IMG/VR virus record: IMGVR_UViG_3300044701_003563
Reading direction: 5' to 3' (one strand)
Source: a virus
Length of the DNA stretch: 64,000 nt
Below, one piece after another: positions 19,270-28,800 of this stretch. Position 1 is the first letter of the stretch, and each line of letters begins with the position of its first letter. A program made the translations under genes and the position numbers. The notes under the pieces were generated by a model that ran no database searches, was not told the DNA's origin, and saw only the letters and a program-made list of their open reading frames with translations.

Positions 19270-20088
19270 TTATGCCCTCTTAAGATTAGTTGTTTGATCT
19301 TCACGTTGGTCGTAATTCCATCCAACAATAGAATATTCTGTATTGTCTCCTGGATAATCTTGGGGATTAAATCCTTTATATTCGGGGATTAATTTATCAC
19401 CATCTTTTCTTTCACCATAAATGTGATAGAAGCAATTGATTGGCATACCTCCTTTTGATTGAAGATACACTTTATTCTCATCGATTCTTTTTACGATTAC
19501 ATCTTGATGGGCACCGATTGGAGTCAAATTTACAGTGATTGTTGTGTGATCAACTAACCCCCTCCAATATTCTGGTAATTCAATGTAATCTTTACTTGCA
19601 ACTTTTCCTCTAATATAAACATCATTACTTGGACCTTCTGGGCAAGTATGTCTCAATCTCCATCCATTTTTTGTTGGATGTTTAATATCAAAATTCTTTT
19701 TCAACGATAGAATGTGAGCACCGCACCTAGAAACAACTTCTCCCTGTGCTACTATATTAAATCCAGCACAAACATTTCCAGCTACATCAACGTTGCCAAA
19801 AAAACCAGAATTTCCAATAGTTGCTAAAGAATATGGATTATTCAATGCTGGTCCACCCCAACATAAAGCACCTGGGGCAAAAGTAGGTGGAGAATCTAAA
19901 TTTGTATTTGGACCAATCATTACAGTTGCCCAAACATTTGGCCAAATAAAAGGATTTCCAAATACAGACGGACCCTCAATAAAACTAGAACCTCTAATTC
20001 TTGCTGGTCCCAACAATAAAGCTGGGGGATATCCAGCTCCCACATTCAATTGATGGGATGCTGTAATATCGTCTACTGCGTATGCCAT
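19270..20088 (-). CDS. Baseplate/spike-associated structural protein
   Basis: Same C-terminal KNFDIKHPT...RLRHTCPEGP..VYIRG domain; beta-helix-like GNVDVAGNV segment. Confidence 0.6.
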   Translation of the reverse strand: MAYAVDDITASHQLNVGAGYPPALLLGPARIRGSSFIEGPSVFGNPFIWPNVWATVMIGPNTNLDSPPTFAPGALCWGGPALNNPYSLATIGNSGFFGNVDVAGNVCAGFNIVAQGEVVSRCGAHILSLKKNFDIKHPTKNGWRLRHTCPEGPSNDVYIRGKVASKDYIELPEYWRGLVDHTTITVNLTPIGAHQDVIVKRIDENKVYLQSKGGMPINCFYHIYGERKDGDKLIPEYKGFNPQDYPGDNTEYSIVGWNYDQREDQTTNLKRA

Positions 20089-20091
20089 AAA

Positions 20092-20769
20092 TTAACCAAA
20101 ATAATTTTGCTTAAGTAACATTGTTAAAGTTGTAACTGGATTCAATTTATCAGGTTTAAATTGACATCCAGCTGTTAATCCAGATACGAAATTTCCAATA
20201 AAATTTAATGAAGTATTTGATGCTATATTAATAGATTTGGGGCAAAATATTGTTATTCCCTTTTGAGCCTTAACATCAAAGTTTCCAGTTTTAATATTTA
20301 CCGATTCATTTGAATCAAGATTTATTGTTCCTCTTGTCAGATCTGGTCCTTCTGCTCTTATATCTATGTCCATTGCAGACATACGAATTCTGCCCTTAGG
20401 AGCACGAATAATTATATCTCCATTTTCTGCCAGTAAGAAAAATCCAACTCCAGGCCAATCCCCACCTACAGCACTTGCACCAATTTTTCCAGCATGATCT
20501 GAAGCACACCAAATTTGATATGGACCAGGAGAACGATTTGATGTCCATCCTGGCCTTGCCCCGTCATTATCCATTGTCATATAATGCCTAGAGTCATGTG
20601 CTTGAAGCATCACCCCAGAAGTTACGTCAGCATCAACTTTACTTCCACTTGCCAAATGGAGATGTCCAAATTCTATTTGACCATTTTTATTTCCATATAC
20701 TAAATGATTCTGATTTGTTTTAGCTCCACTTTGAGATGTTTTCTTTTGCTCATTAATTTTTTTTGTCAT
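20092..20769 (-). CDS. gp5 C-terminal-like beta-helical spike protein
   Basis: AENGDIIIRAPKGRIRMSAMDIDIRAEG...INLDSNESVNIK beta-helix pattern; immediately follows gp5. Confidence 0.55.
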   Translation of the reverse strand: MTKKINEQKKTSQSGAKTNQNHLVYGNKNGQIEFGHLHLASGSKVDADVTSGVMLQAHDSRHYMTMDNDGARPGWTSNRSPGPYQIWCASDHAGKIGASAVGGDWPGVGFFLLAENGDIIIRAPKGRIRMSAMDIDIRAEGPDLTRGTINLDSNESVNIKTGNFDVKAQKGITIFCPKSINIASNTSLNFIGNFVSGLTAGCQFKPDKLNPVTTLTMLLKQNYFG

Positions 20770-23700
20770 TAAGGTCTCCTAGAAATTTTTCCTACACAAT
20801 CTATAATTTGGATCAAAGACACATTGGGATCTGTTCCAATTCTTTCGTCAGTTAATTCATTTAGATCATTACCAATTCTCTTAACTCCAAATATTGGCTT
20901 AATAACTGCATTAATTCCAGTATTGGATCTAATAAAGATTTTAGGTACACTTGTAAATCCTATTCCTGGATTTACAATATTTACCGATTCAAGTCTTCCA
21001 AACTTATCATATTTCGGTTCTAATATAGAACCAGAATTTGGTTGCAATTCAATTTTATCATTTGCTGAATAATTAATTCCAGGATTTGCTATTAAAACAT
21101 CATTTAATATCAAAACGACAGGATAAGATCCATCACTAGAAGATGGATTAGTGATTTGATTACTTAAATCAACTATATTTGTATTTGGTGTAGTTATCAG
21201 TCCATTGTTTTGGATTGTTATCCCCGTTTCTTGTCCAAATCCAGTTAATGATTGAAGTTCATTGCCTTCATTATCATATACTCCAGCAAGTGTTCCTGTT
21301 GGTAAATATGCCACATTTCCAACAAGAACAGGAATTGTAGTATTTGGTGGATAAACACTATATCCACTATTTTCATCGAATATTATTGTATCTTCTGGAT
21401 TTGAAAACTTAACCCCATCGGCATAAATGGATCCATCTGGTGCTGGCAAATAACCAACTCCAGGATCTATAACAACAACTTCCTGGATCGGAGAACCATC
21501 TGGACCAGAAAAAGTTCCTGGAACACTTACTCCACCAGCAGATGATCCCAAATCTTCTGCTGATCTTATTACGCCCGCATTAGAATTTAATGGGACTCCA
21601 TTTGCGACTGCAGGAGAATTTAAAGAATTTGCTCCTGCGACTAAAGGTATTCCAGAATTTCCACTACAGACATTTATTCCAGCAACTTGTACAGGATATC
21701 CCCCAGAAGTTGCTAAATTGCCAGTGCATTGTAAATCTACTCTAAGTATAGTTCCGCCATTTCCACCGACTGTGGCGAGTTCTCCATTTAAAATGACGGG
21801 AACCCCATTTACAGTGACTGGAGATCCAGAGGTGGCTCCAATTTTTACAAATGATACTGCTGTTATATTTCCATTTGGTGTTGTTATTGACCCAGTTCCA
21901 TCTGGATTAGATTCAATTTTAGTTCCATTTGGCAATGTAGTAATATTTTTTCCAAATTGATCTTCAGAATTTGGAGAATTATTTAACAAATTTGAGATAT
22001 TTTTTACGTCGGCAGTAAATATTCCCTCACCAACAAATCTACTGTTTATAACCTGACCAGTTCCTTTGAAAGAACCTTGACCAGAACCAACTAATAAAGT
22101 ATCGAATCCACTAAAGGATCCACCTAAACTAAAATCTTGACCCAAATTAGTTTTTCCATTTAATGTTCCATTGCCTTTGAAAGATCCATTTTCATATGTG
22201 CCTCTTCCATTAAATTCTCCAGTATATGGACCTTGCAAAATAACAATATTTTCTACGCCTTCAAATAATGGTATATCTACACTTGCTATTATATTTTGAT
22301 TGTTTGTCAGTCCTTGAAGTTGAGATCCTCCATTACCTCCAACATTAACTGGTGTTCCTCCAGTTCCACCGAGAACTAAAGGTCCAGCATTTGTAATGAC
22401 TGGAGTTCCATCACCACCTACAAATAATGAAAACCCAGTTCCTCCATCAGTCACAGGTCTTTGATTATATGTTAATGGATTTCCCCCAGATCCCCCAACG
22501 GTAATAGGAGTTCCGCCATTTCCCCCAACATTTACTGGGACATTTGAATATGTTAAAGGTTCTCCAGTCCCTAAAGGAGTTGCTCCAGATGGAGGTGAAA
22601 TTGGATTTACTGTAAAAGTTGGCAGGGTTGATTTTGAATTTATCTTTAAAGGAACATCCCTTACAGTAGGTTCTGTTTGTGTATTTGCAGAATCTGGATT
22701 TCTACTAGTTTCTCCACCAGTTCCTCCAAAAAACGTATTATCATTCTCTAATCTTGCATATAAAACGGTTCCACTTCCAGGACCATCATCACTTAATACT
22801 ACAGTTGGTGATGATGTATATCCTGTTCCCCCATCAATAATATCTACTCCCAATATTTCTCCCTGTGGGCTAATAATTGGATTTCCAATCGCACCAATTC
22901 CACCACCACCTATAAACTTAACTTTTGGTGGTTTTGCTTTCTTTGGTTTTTTGGAGTTTGCAAGACATGCTGATACACCACCAGTTACTCCACCACTAAA
23001 TGCGTTTAATTGTATTATGTTACTTAGATTTGGTATGCTAATATTACTAGATGAATCACCATACCAAAAACTCCAACCATCTCCAGCACTACAATCAGCA
23101 TCTTCATCACAAGTCAAAAATGCAATGATTCCCAAAATCGAACTCAGTGCATTAAATATTCCACTCATTATTCCACTAAGGCCCCCCAAAATAGATCCCA
23201 AAACATCACCTATTTGAGAAAGAGCATTTGCTATTGGGCCCAATATTCCGCCCAATAAACTTCCCATAAATGACTCAATTAAACATTGTGCGGTATCCAT
23301 GGCCTTGCCAAGAAGACCATTTAAGAGTTTAAATACTGCACCCAAAAGACCTTTAATTATCTTATTAAAAACACATGCTAAGATATCAACAACTACTTGA
23401 GCACCTTCATTAGCTGCTGGTGTTAAGTTTGGGGGAAGATTTGCTTGGATTAAAATTAAAGTTTTATTGAGAATATTTTCTGCAAATCCTCTCATTTTAT
23501 CAATAATGCCTTTCATGAGATCAGTTACTAATAATGCGACATCTTCGATAAGTGAATTGATGCCATTTATTACATCAGAAACTGCTCCAGCAAAAGTATC
23601 TGCAGCTGCTTTTATCTTATTAATAAGTGCCTGAACATCCTTTATAACTTTTTGAATTGCAGAAAGAGCACCTCCCGATTTTGCATCACATGCATATGTT

Positions 23701-24308
23701 TTTGGAAGATAATGAGTTCGTTGTTCTTTTAAAATGTCAATATCTCTAACATCCAATACATAATTTCCTCCAGCAGATTCACTAAAAGGAACTCCCGCGT
23801 CTGGACCTTCTCCTAATAAATTTTTAGTGGCAACATCATCGGATCCATTTCTTCCAACAAATCCAGTTCTTGAGAAAAATCCTTTATCTGGATCTCCACC
23901 AAAAAGTCTTGTCTGTGCATGATTTGGCAGCAATCCAAATATAATGGGCTCTGTTGCTTCTACACCATCTTTGTAAAAACCAAATACATAATTTCCTTGT
24001 CTTAAATTTGGAGTTTGGACAGACCCCCCATGACCACTTCCAGCAGTTACTGGAAGTGAGACTTCTGCCATATAAAGCTCTTCATCTGGAGTTCCTTTTT
24101 CTTTATCCTCCAAATCTCTACCAAAAATTCTTACTTTATACCTATATCCATAACCTTGAAAATCATCTCTAGATCTAAGGCTATGTTTTCCATCTTCTCT
24201 AGCAAGATTCTCAACCCATGTAGATTCGTCAACTATTTGACCAAACCACATGTAAGTCAAATTCACTCCACTTGAATCGGAATTAAATAAAGTTCCTTGT
24301 CCTGACAT
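20769..24308 (-). CDS. gp5: Baseplate hub subunit (gp5-like, N-terminal OB-fold; no lysozyme domain evident)
   Basis: WFGQIVD...YRYKVRIFG...LPVTAGSG...LRQGNYVFGFYKDG...PIIFG; C-terminal IIDCVG. Confidence 0.8.
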   Translation of the reverse strand: MSGQGTLFNSDSSGVNLTYMWFGQIVDESTWVENLAREDGKHSLRSRDDFQGYGYRYKVRIFGRDLEDKEKGTPDEELYMAEVSLPVTAGSGHGGSVQTPNLRQGNYVFGFYKDGVEATEPIIFGLLPNHAQTRLFGGDPDKGFFSRTGFVGRNGSDDVATKNLLGEGPDAGVPFSESAGGNYVLDVRDIDILKEQRTHYLPKTYACDAKSGGALSAIQKVIKDVQALINKIKAAADTFAGAVSDVINGINSLIEDVALLVTDLMKGIIDKMRGFAENILNKTLILIQANLPPNLTPAANEGAQVVVDILACVFNKIIKGLLGAVFKLLNGLLGKAMDTAQCLIESFMGSLLGGILGPIANALSQIGDVLGSILGGLSGIMSGIFNALSSILGIIAFLTCDEDADCSAGDGWSFWYGDSSSNISIPNLSNIIQLNAFSGGVTGGVSACLANSKKPKKAKPPKVKFIGGGGIGAIGNPIISPQGEILGVDIIDGGTGYTSSPTVVLSDDGPGSGTVLYARLENDNTFFGGTGGETSRNPDSANTQTEPTVRDVPLKINSKSTLPTFTVNPISPPSGATPLGTGEPLTYSNVPVNVGGNGGTPITVGGSGGNPLTYNQRPVTDGGTGFSLFVGGDGTPVITNAGPLVLGGTGGTPVNVGGNGGSQLQGLTNNQNIIASVDIPLFEGVENIVILQGPYTGEFNGRGTYENGSFKGNGTLNGKTNLGQDFSLGGSFSGFDTLLVGSGQGSFKGTGQVINSRFVGEGIFTADVKNISNLLNNSPNSEDQFGKNITTLPNGTKIESNPDGTGSITTPNGNITAVSFVKIGATSGSPVTVNGVPVILNGELATVGGNGGTILRVDLQCTGNLATSGGYPVQVAGINVCSGNSGIPLVAGANSLNSPAVANGVPLNSNAGVIRSAEDLGSSAGGVSVPGTFSGPDGSPIQEVVVIDPGVGYLPAPDGSIYADGVKFSNPEDTIIFDENSGYSVYPPNTTIPVLVGNVAYLPTGTLAGVYDNEGNELQSLTGFGQETGITIQNNGLITTPNTNIVDLSNQITNPSSSDGSYPVVLILNDVLIANPGINYSANDKIELQPNSGSILEPKYDKFGRLESVNIVNPGIGFTSVPKIFIRSNTGINAVIKPIFGVKRIGNDLNELTDERIGTDPNVSLIQIIDCVGKISRRP

Positions 24309-24313
24309 AAAGA

Positions 24314-24526
24314 TTAATCTTCGTAAATTCTACACTCTAAAGCATCTGGATTTGAATCACAATATAATTCAAGAGATGATGGATCGTGATGATCTTCTGG
24401 ATGTCTTTCATGATACATCTCTAATTGCTCCAATTCACCTTCAATATGCCTGCGAGTTTGAGGTGAAGTCGTGGGATTATCAAGAATATCTTTGTCTACT
24501 TCAATGTGCTTTTCTATGCTTTCCAT
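24314..24526 (-). CDS. cp12: CP12 Calvin-cycle inhibitor (cyanophage type)
   Basis: C-terminal LELYCDSNPDALECRIYED with a Cys pair. Confidence 0.93.
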   Translation of the reverse strand: MESIEKHIEVDKDILDNPTTSPQTRRHIEGELEQLEMYHERHPEDHHDPSSLELYCDSNPDALECRIYED

Positions 24527-24544
24527 AAGATTCCTCCTTAGTTA

Positions 24545-25885
24545 CTATTTTCTGTAAATTGTATCTCTAACTAAATGCAAACCCGTCCACGATCCCTTAT
24601 CTGTAATTCTATGACAAAGATCCATTATCATATATAGTCCACTTTTATTCTTACTTGGCCTTTGTGTTTTTGAATCCCCAATTTCTGGGAAATCGCAAAA
24701 AATCATATCTCCCACATGTAAAGTCAAATCTATTGCTATAGTTATATCTAATCTTATCGTTCCTAATTGATTATATCTATTTGTTGACTGCCTCAATATT
24801 TCATCCATGTCGAAATTAATTTCTTTGGATTCTTTTTTCTGTTCCCCCCAAGTCCTTCCCGTTGGCAAAGTTCCAGTATCAAACATTTTACTAGAATATC
24901 TTGTAACATTATTTTGGAAATTTATATCAGTTGCAATTTTCCAAAATTCTTTACCACCATTATTAACTATAAGATTTTGTGCCTTGTAATCGAAATCATC
25001 CTTTGAATATTTGTTCTTAAAAGGTTCAAAAGTTTCTAAATTACGTTTAAATAAAGATCCAGAAACTAAATGATCATCTAAATCTATACTTGTTTTCTCT
25101 ACGTGATTGATAATTTTTGCATCATATCCATTAGGAATTTCATTCGTATTTGATAAAATAAATTTCTTCACTGGAGCCTGAGAAAATAATATGTCTACGG
25201 ATTTAAAATAATATCCTCCAGCATTACGAACATTATCATTAGCAATTTCATAAAATAAATATCCCGCCAATATTCCTTGCCCTCCAATTCCTTCAGGGAC
25301 AGTTCTTTTACATAACCAAGTTACTTTATGAAATGGCTTTTCATTCCCACCTAAAAAATTAAAATCATTTTTTGACGCATCTGTGTATATTGATTTTTTT
25401 GTTCCTAATACATCTTTCAGAATCGTAAATACATTATCAGATATTTTTCGTTCATATTTTTTTACAACTCTTTTATCAATTAAATGATTATCCATAGATT
25501 CTTTTGAATAAAACCATGTATTAACAGAAGTCATAGTTGTACTTCCACCATTCATGGCTTCTCTAGAATTATTAGAAGTTCTTAATTGATAGTCACCTTT
25601 AAAAATTAATTTTATAATTTTACCATCTAAAAATTGCCTTACTACAAGTTCAGTTTTTTCCCCAACACTGTTATTGAATCCAGATTCACTTAATGCCTTC
25701 CCCCCACCATAACCAGTATCAATATATGCTACATTAACTCTAACTGTGCTATCAAGCAAACTTTCATATATTGCTAAGGAAATTACTCCTTCTCTAATGT
25801 CTACACTTTTTCCAGAATAATTTGAAGTTATATCAAATACATCTATTTGACATTCTCCACCCTGAGCAGCTGCATTTACTCCCAT
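24545..25885 (-). CDS. Baseplate hub protein (gp27-like)
   Basis: IYESLLDSTVRV...GYLFYE...GYYFKSVD...SGLYMIMDLCH pattern; position next to gp5. Confidence 0.65.
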   Translation of the reverse strand: MGVNAAAQGGECQIDVFDITSNYSGKSVDIREGVISLAIYESLLDSTVRVNVAYIDTGYGGGKALSESGFNNSVGEKTELVVRQFLDGKIIKLIFKGDYQLRTSNNSREAMNGGSTTMTSVNTWFYSKESMDNHLIDKRVVKKYERKISDNVFTILKDVLGTKKSIYTDASKNDFNFLGGNEKPFHKVTWLCKRTVPEGIGGQGILAGYLFYEIANDNVRNAGGYYFKSVDILFSQAPVKKFILSNTNEIPNGYDAKIINHVEKTSIDLDDHLVSGSLFKRNLETFEPFKNKYSKDDFDYKAQNLIVNNGGKEFWKIATDINFQNNVTRYSSKMFDTGTLPTGRTWGEQKKESKEINFDMDEILRQSTNRYNQLGTIRLDITIAIDLTLHVGDMIFCDFPEIGDSKTQRPSKNKSGLYMIMDLCHRITDKGSWTGLHLVRDTIYRK

Positions 25886-25886
25886 T

Positions 25887-28800
25887 TTACTGTCTTCTTA
25901 AATTATAAGAGTTGTCTGTTTGTTCAGGTTTTGCTCCTGATGATACTTTCATTTGCCCTCTAGAAGTATTCTGCTGTGGGACTGTAATATATTTAATCTT
26001 TTCTTGATAATATACTGTTCCAGATTCAAATGGATTTTCATAGTCTGCAAATTTATTTATTTGCTTTTCTTTAATATTAGATGATCCTATTTGACCACCA
26101 CCCTGCGCCTTTACAATTTTTGGTTTGCCCGATGGTTTTGCTGCAGATGGTTTTTTGGATTTATTTCCAAATCCGAAGAAAGATGAAACCGATGAAGCAA
26201 TGCTAGAAACAAGATTTCCTCCTGCCTTTTGTGCTTTAGCAATAGGACTTTTCTTTTCTTCTTTTGCTTTTTTCTTTGCAATTTCTGCTTGTGCTTTTTT
26301 CTCTTCCCTTCTTCTTGCAGTTATTCTTGCACCTTCACCACCTAATAAAGAATTAACAAACTTGTCAAAAATTGGACCAGGATCACCACCATCAACTGCA
26401 TTAACATGGAAAGATACGTGATCATAGACACCACCCTGCATACTGTCACTAGATCCAGAAGCACCCTGCCATCCAACAACTGTTCCTGCTGGGATTTTTT
26501 CACCATTTTTAAATTTCTTAAATGGTTTATTTCCATGTCCCATCATAACTTCAAACATTTTTCCAGTTCTTGGGTCCTTATAAAAATAAGATCCAACATT
26601 TCCAAATCCAGCAGAACCTTCTGCACCTTTATAAACTCTTCTTTGAGTGCCATCAACATCTATAGATTTCCTTCCAGCATTTCTTCCTCCTGGAATTTTA
26701 TCTAAGTAGACCAATTCATATGGGAAAGAAATTTCTACACCTCTATTTCCATATGGCCCACTCTTATCATTATCGCCAAAGCTTTTTCCAATTTCACCTC
26801 TTCTTCCAAACAATTCAAGGTCAGCACCAGTATCTTGACCATCGGTATTTGGAACTCCTAATCTTCCATATCTTTTATCCTTTGTTGATCCTGCAATCTG
26901 CTGATCCTTTTCAATGTCACCAGGATCTCCACCAGCTTCTGTGGGTCTTTCTCCATCCTTTGATTTTTCATCTCTTTCAAGTTTTGCTATTGCATTTGGA
27001 CTTGCATCAAATCCTTGCAACCTGCCACTTTTTCCAGTTCTTATAATTTTTGCTTCGTCACTTCTTCTCCATTGATTAATTCCCTTATCATGGCGTCCCA
27101 ATCTATTTTCAATATAATCAGCGAGTTCAGTGTAATCTCCTTTAGCCAATCCAGATTTAACTCTTTCAGAAACACCAGATGGAAGGCTTCCATAATTAAA
27201 TGCTATTGACATAAGAGGAATTCTAACATGTGCTGGAAGTTTATCTAAAGATTCTTTGCCCAATTGTTGAACAACTCTATCTTTATGCCTTTCCATATCA
27301 TGTTTTTTCAATGCATATGCTTGCTCTTTTGTAATTTTATCCCCTGCCTTTACTGGTCTTCCATTTATTTTTGTAGCACCAAATCCAATTGTCGGAACCC
27401 CCCATCCATAAATTGCATCTGGATATGCTTCAAGTCTAAGACCTTCATAACTTCCAAGTATATCTAAAGTTAAATCTTCTTCACCTTTTGATCCTGGTTT
27501 TGATTTTGATGGTTTTCCAGGTATCAATGTCTCAGTTGGCTCTGCTTCAATGTCTACTGGATCATTCCCAGGAGGGGCACCACCTCCCCCTCCACCACCA
27601 GAAGGGGCACCACCTCCCCCTCCACCACCACTTCCGCCTCCCCGAGAAGGAGACGTACTGTAATCAGTTACAGAATCAATTGTAGAGTCTGAAGACATTG
27701 TTGCTAAAGTATCTCCCCCAGAATCTTTATCATCACCTTTATAATCAAAGTGACCTCCATGAGATCCTGGGTAATCATTAACTATCCAACCATATGTCTT
27801 TCCATGTCTTCTCATCCATGGTTCTGATGTTCCATGAATATCTAAAGCGTTCCCTCCAAGATGATTTGAATTTGGAACTCCACCAACTTTCCTATTATGA
27901 GCAACACTTCTTTTTCCACTTGCAACGTCAGATCCCTTTACAGCACCTTTTGAGTCCTGCATCATTTCACCAAATGCTTTTATTCCACCCTTAGAAAGAA
28001 TTAAAGGTCTTCCATTACCATCAGTAACTCCTTTAATTGCAAATCCTCTTCCCGTTTGGGGGTGACTTGCTGGGATTACTTTTACTCTTTGATTCTTATC
28101 ATCTTCTTTTTCATCTTCCTTCTCATCTTCTTTTTCTGCCTTTGATTCTTCATTTTTGATAGCTAACTCAAGATTTGACGATGTTTCTTTTGATGAACTT
28201 GGATTGGAAGAATCAATTTCTTCTGCATGTTTTTCATCTGGATAATGCTGACTTAAATATGCTCCTCCTCTTGTTGTTTCTTGTATCCTTGAGATTAAAT
28301 CTGGAGCGATTTTATTTAGAGAAATTTTATTTTCAATTGAGTTAAGGGATTTAAAAAAATCAATTCCCAAAAGATTAACACTATCTTTATCTACGACAAA
28401 CTCACCTTCATGAAGTTGATAAGTTCCTTCCTTGGAAACAAAACTACCATGGAATGCAGATTTTAAAATATTAGTTGGATTTATTAATTTGTTATCTTGA
28501 TATGCTTGGAAATGCAAATGAGTTTGCATAAAATCAGGAGCGGATCCCAGTGGTATCAACTTACCAAGTTTTTGACCCGATTGGACTGTATCTCCTGGTT
28601 TTAATCCAGGTGTCATGTGCAAGTATGTTACTTTTAATCCACCTCCATGATCAATCGATAAGTTTGATGTATATCCAGACCTTTGATATGGATAATCTGG
28701 GGTAGAATTAATTACTTTTCCAGATCTATATGCAACTACTGGTATTTTAGGATCACCATAAGGTGGATTTTCAACAACATCAACTCCAGCATGTGGTCCA

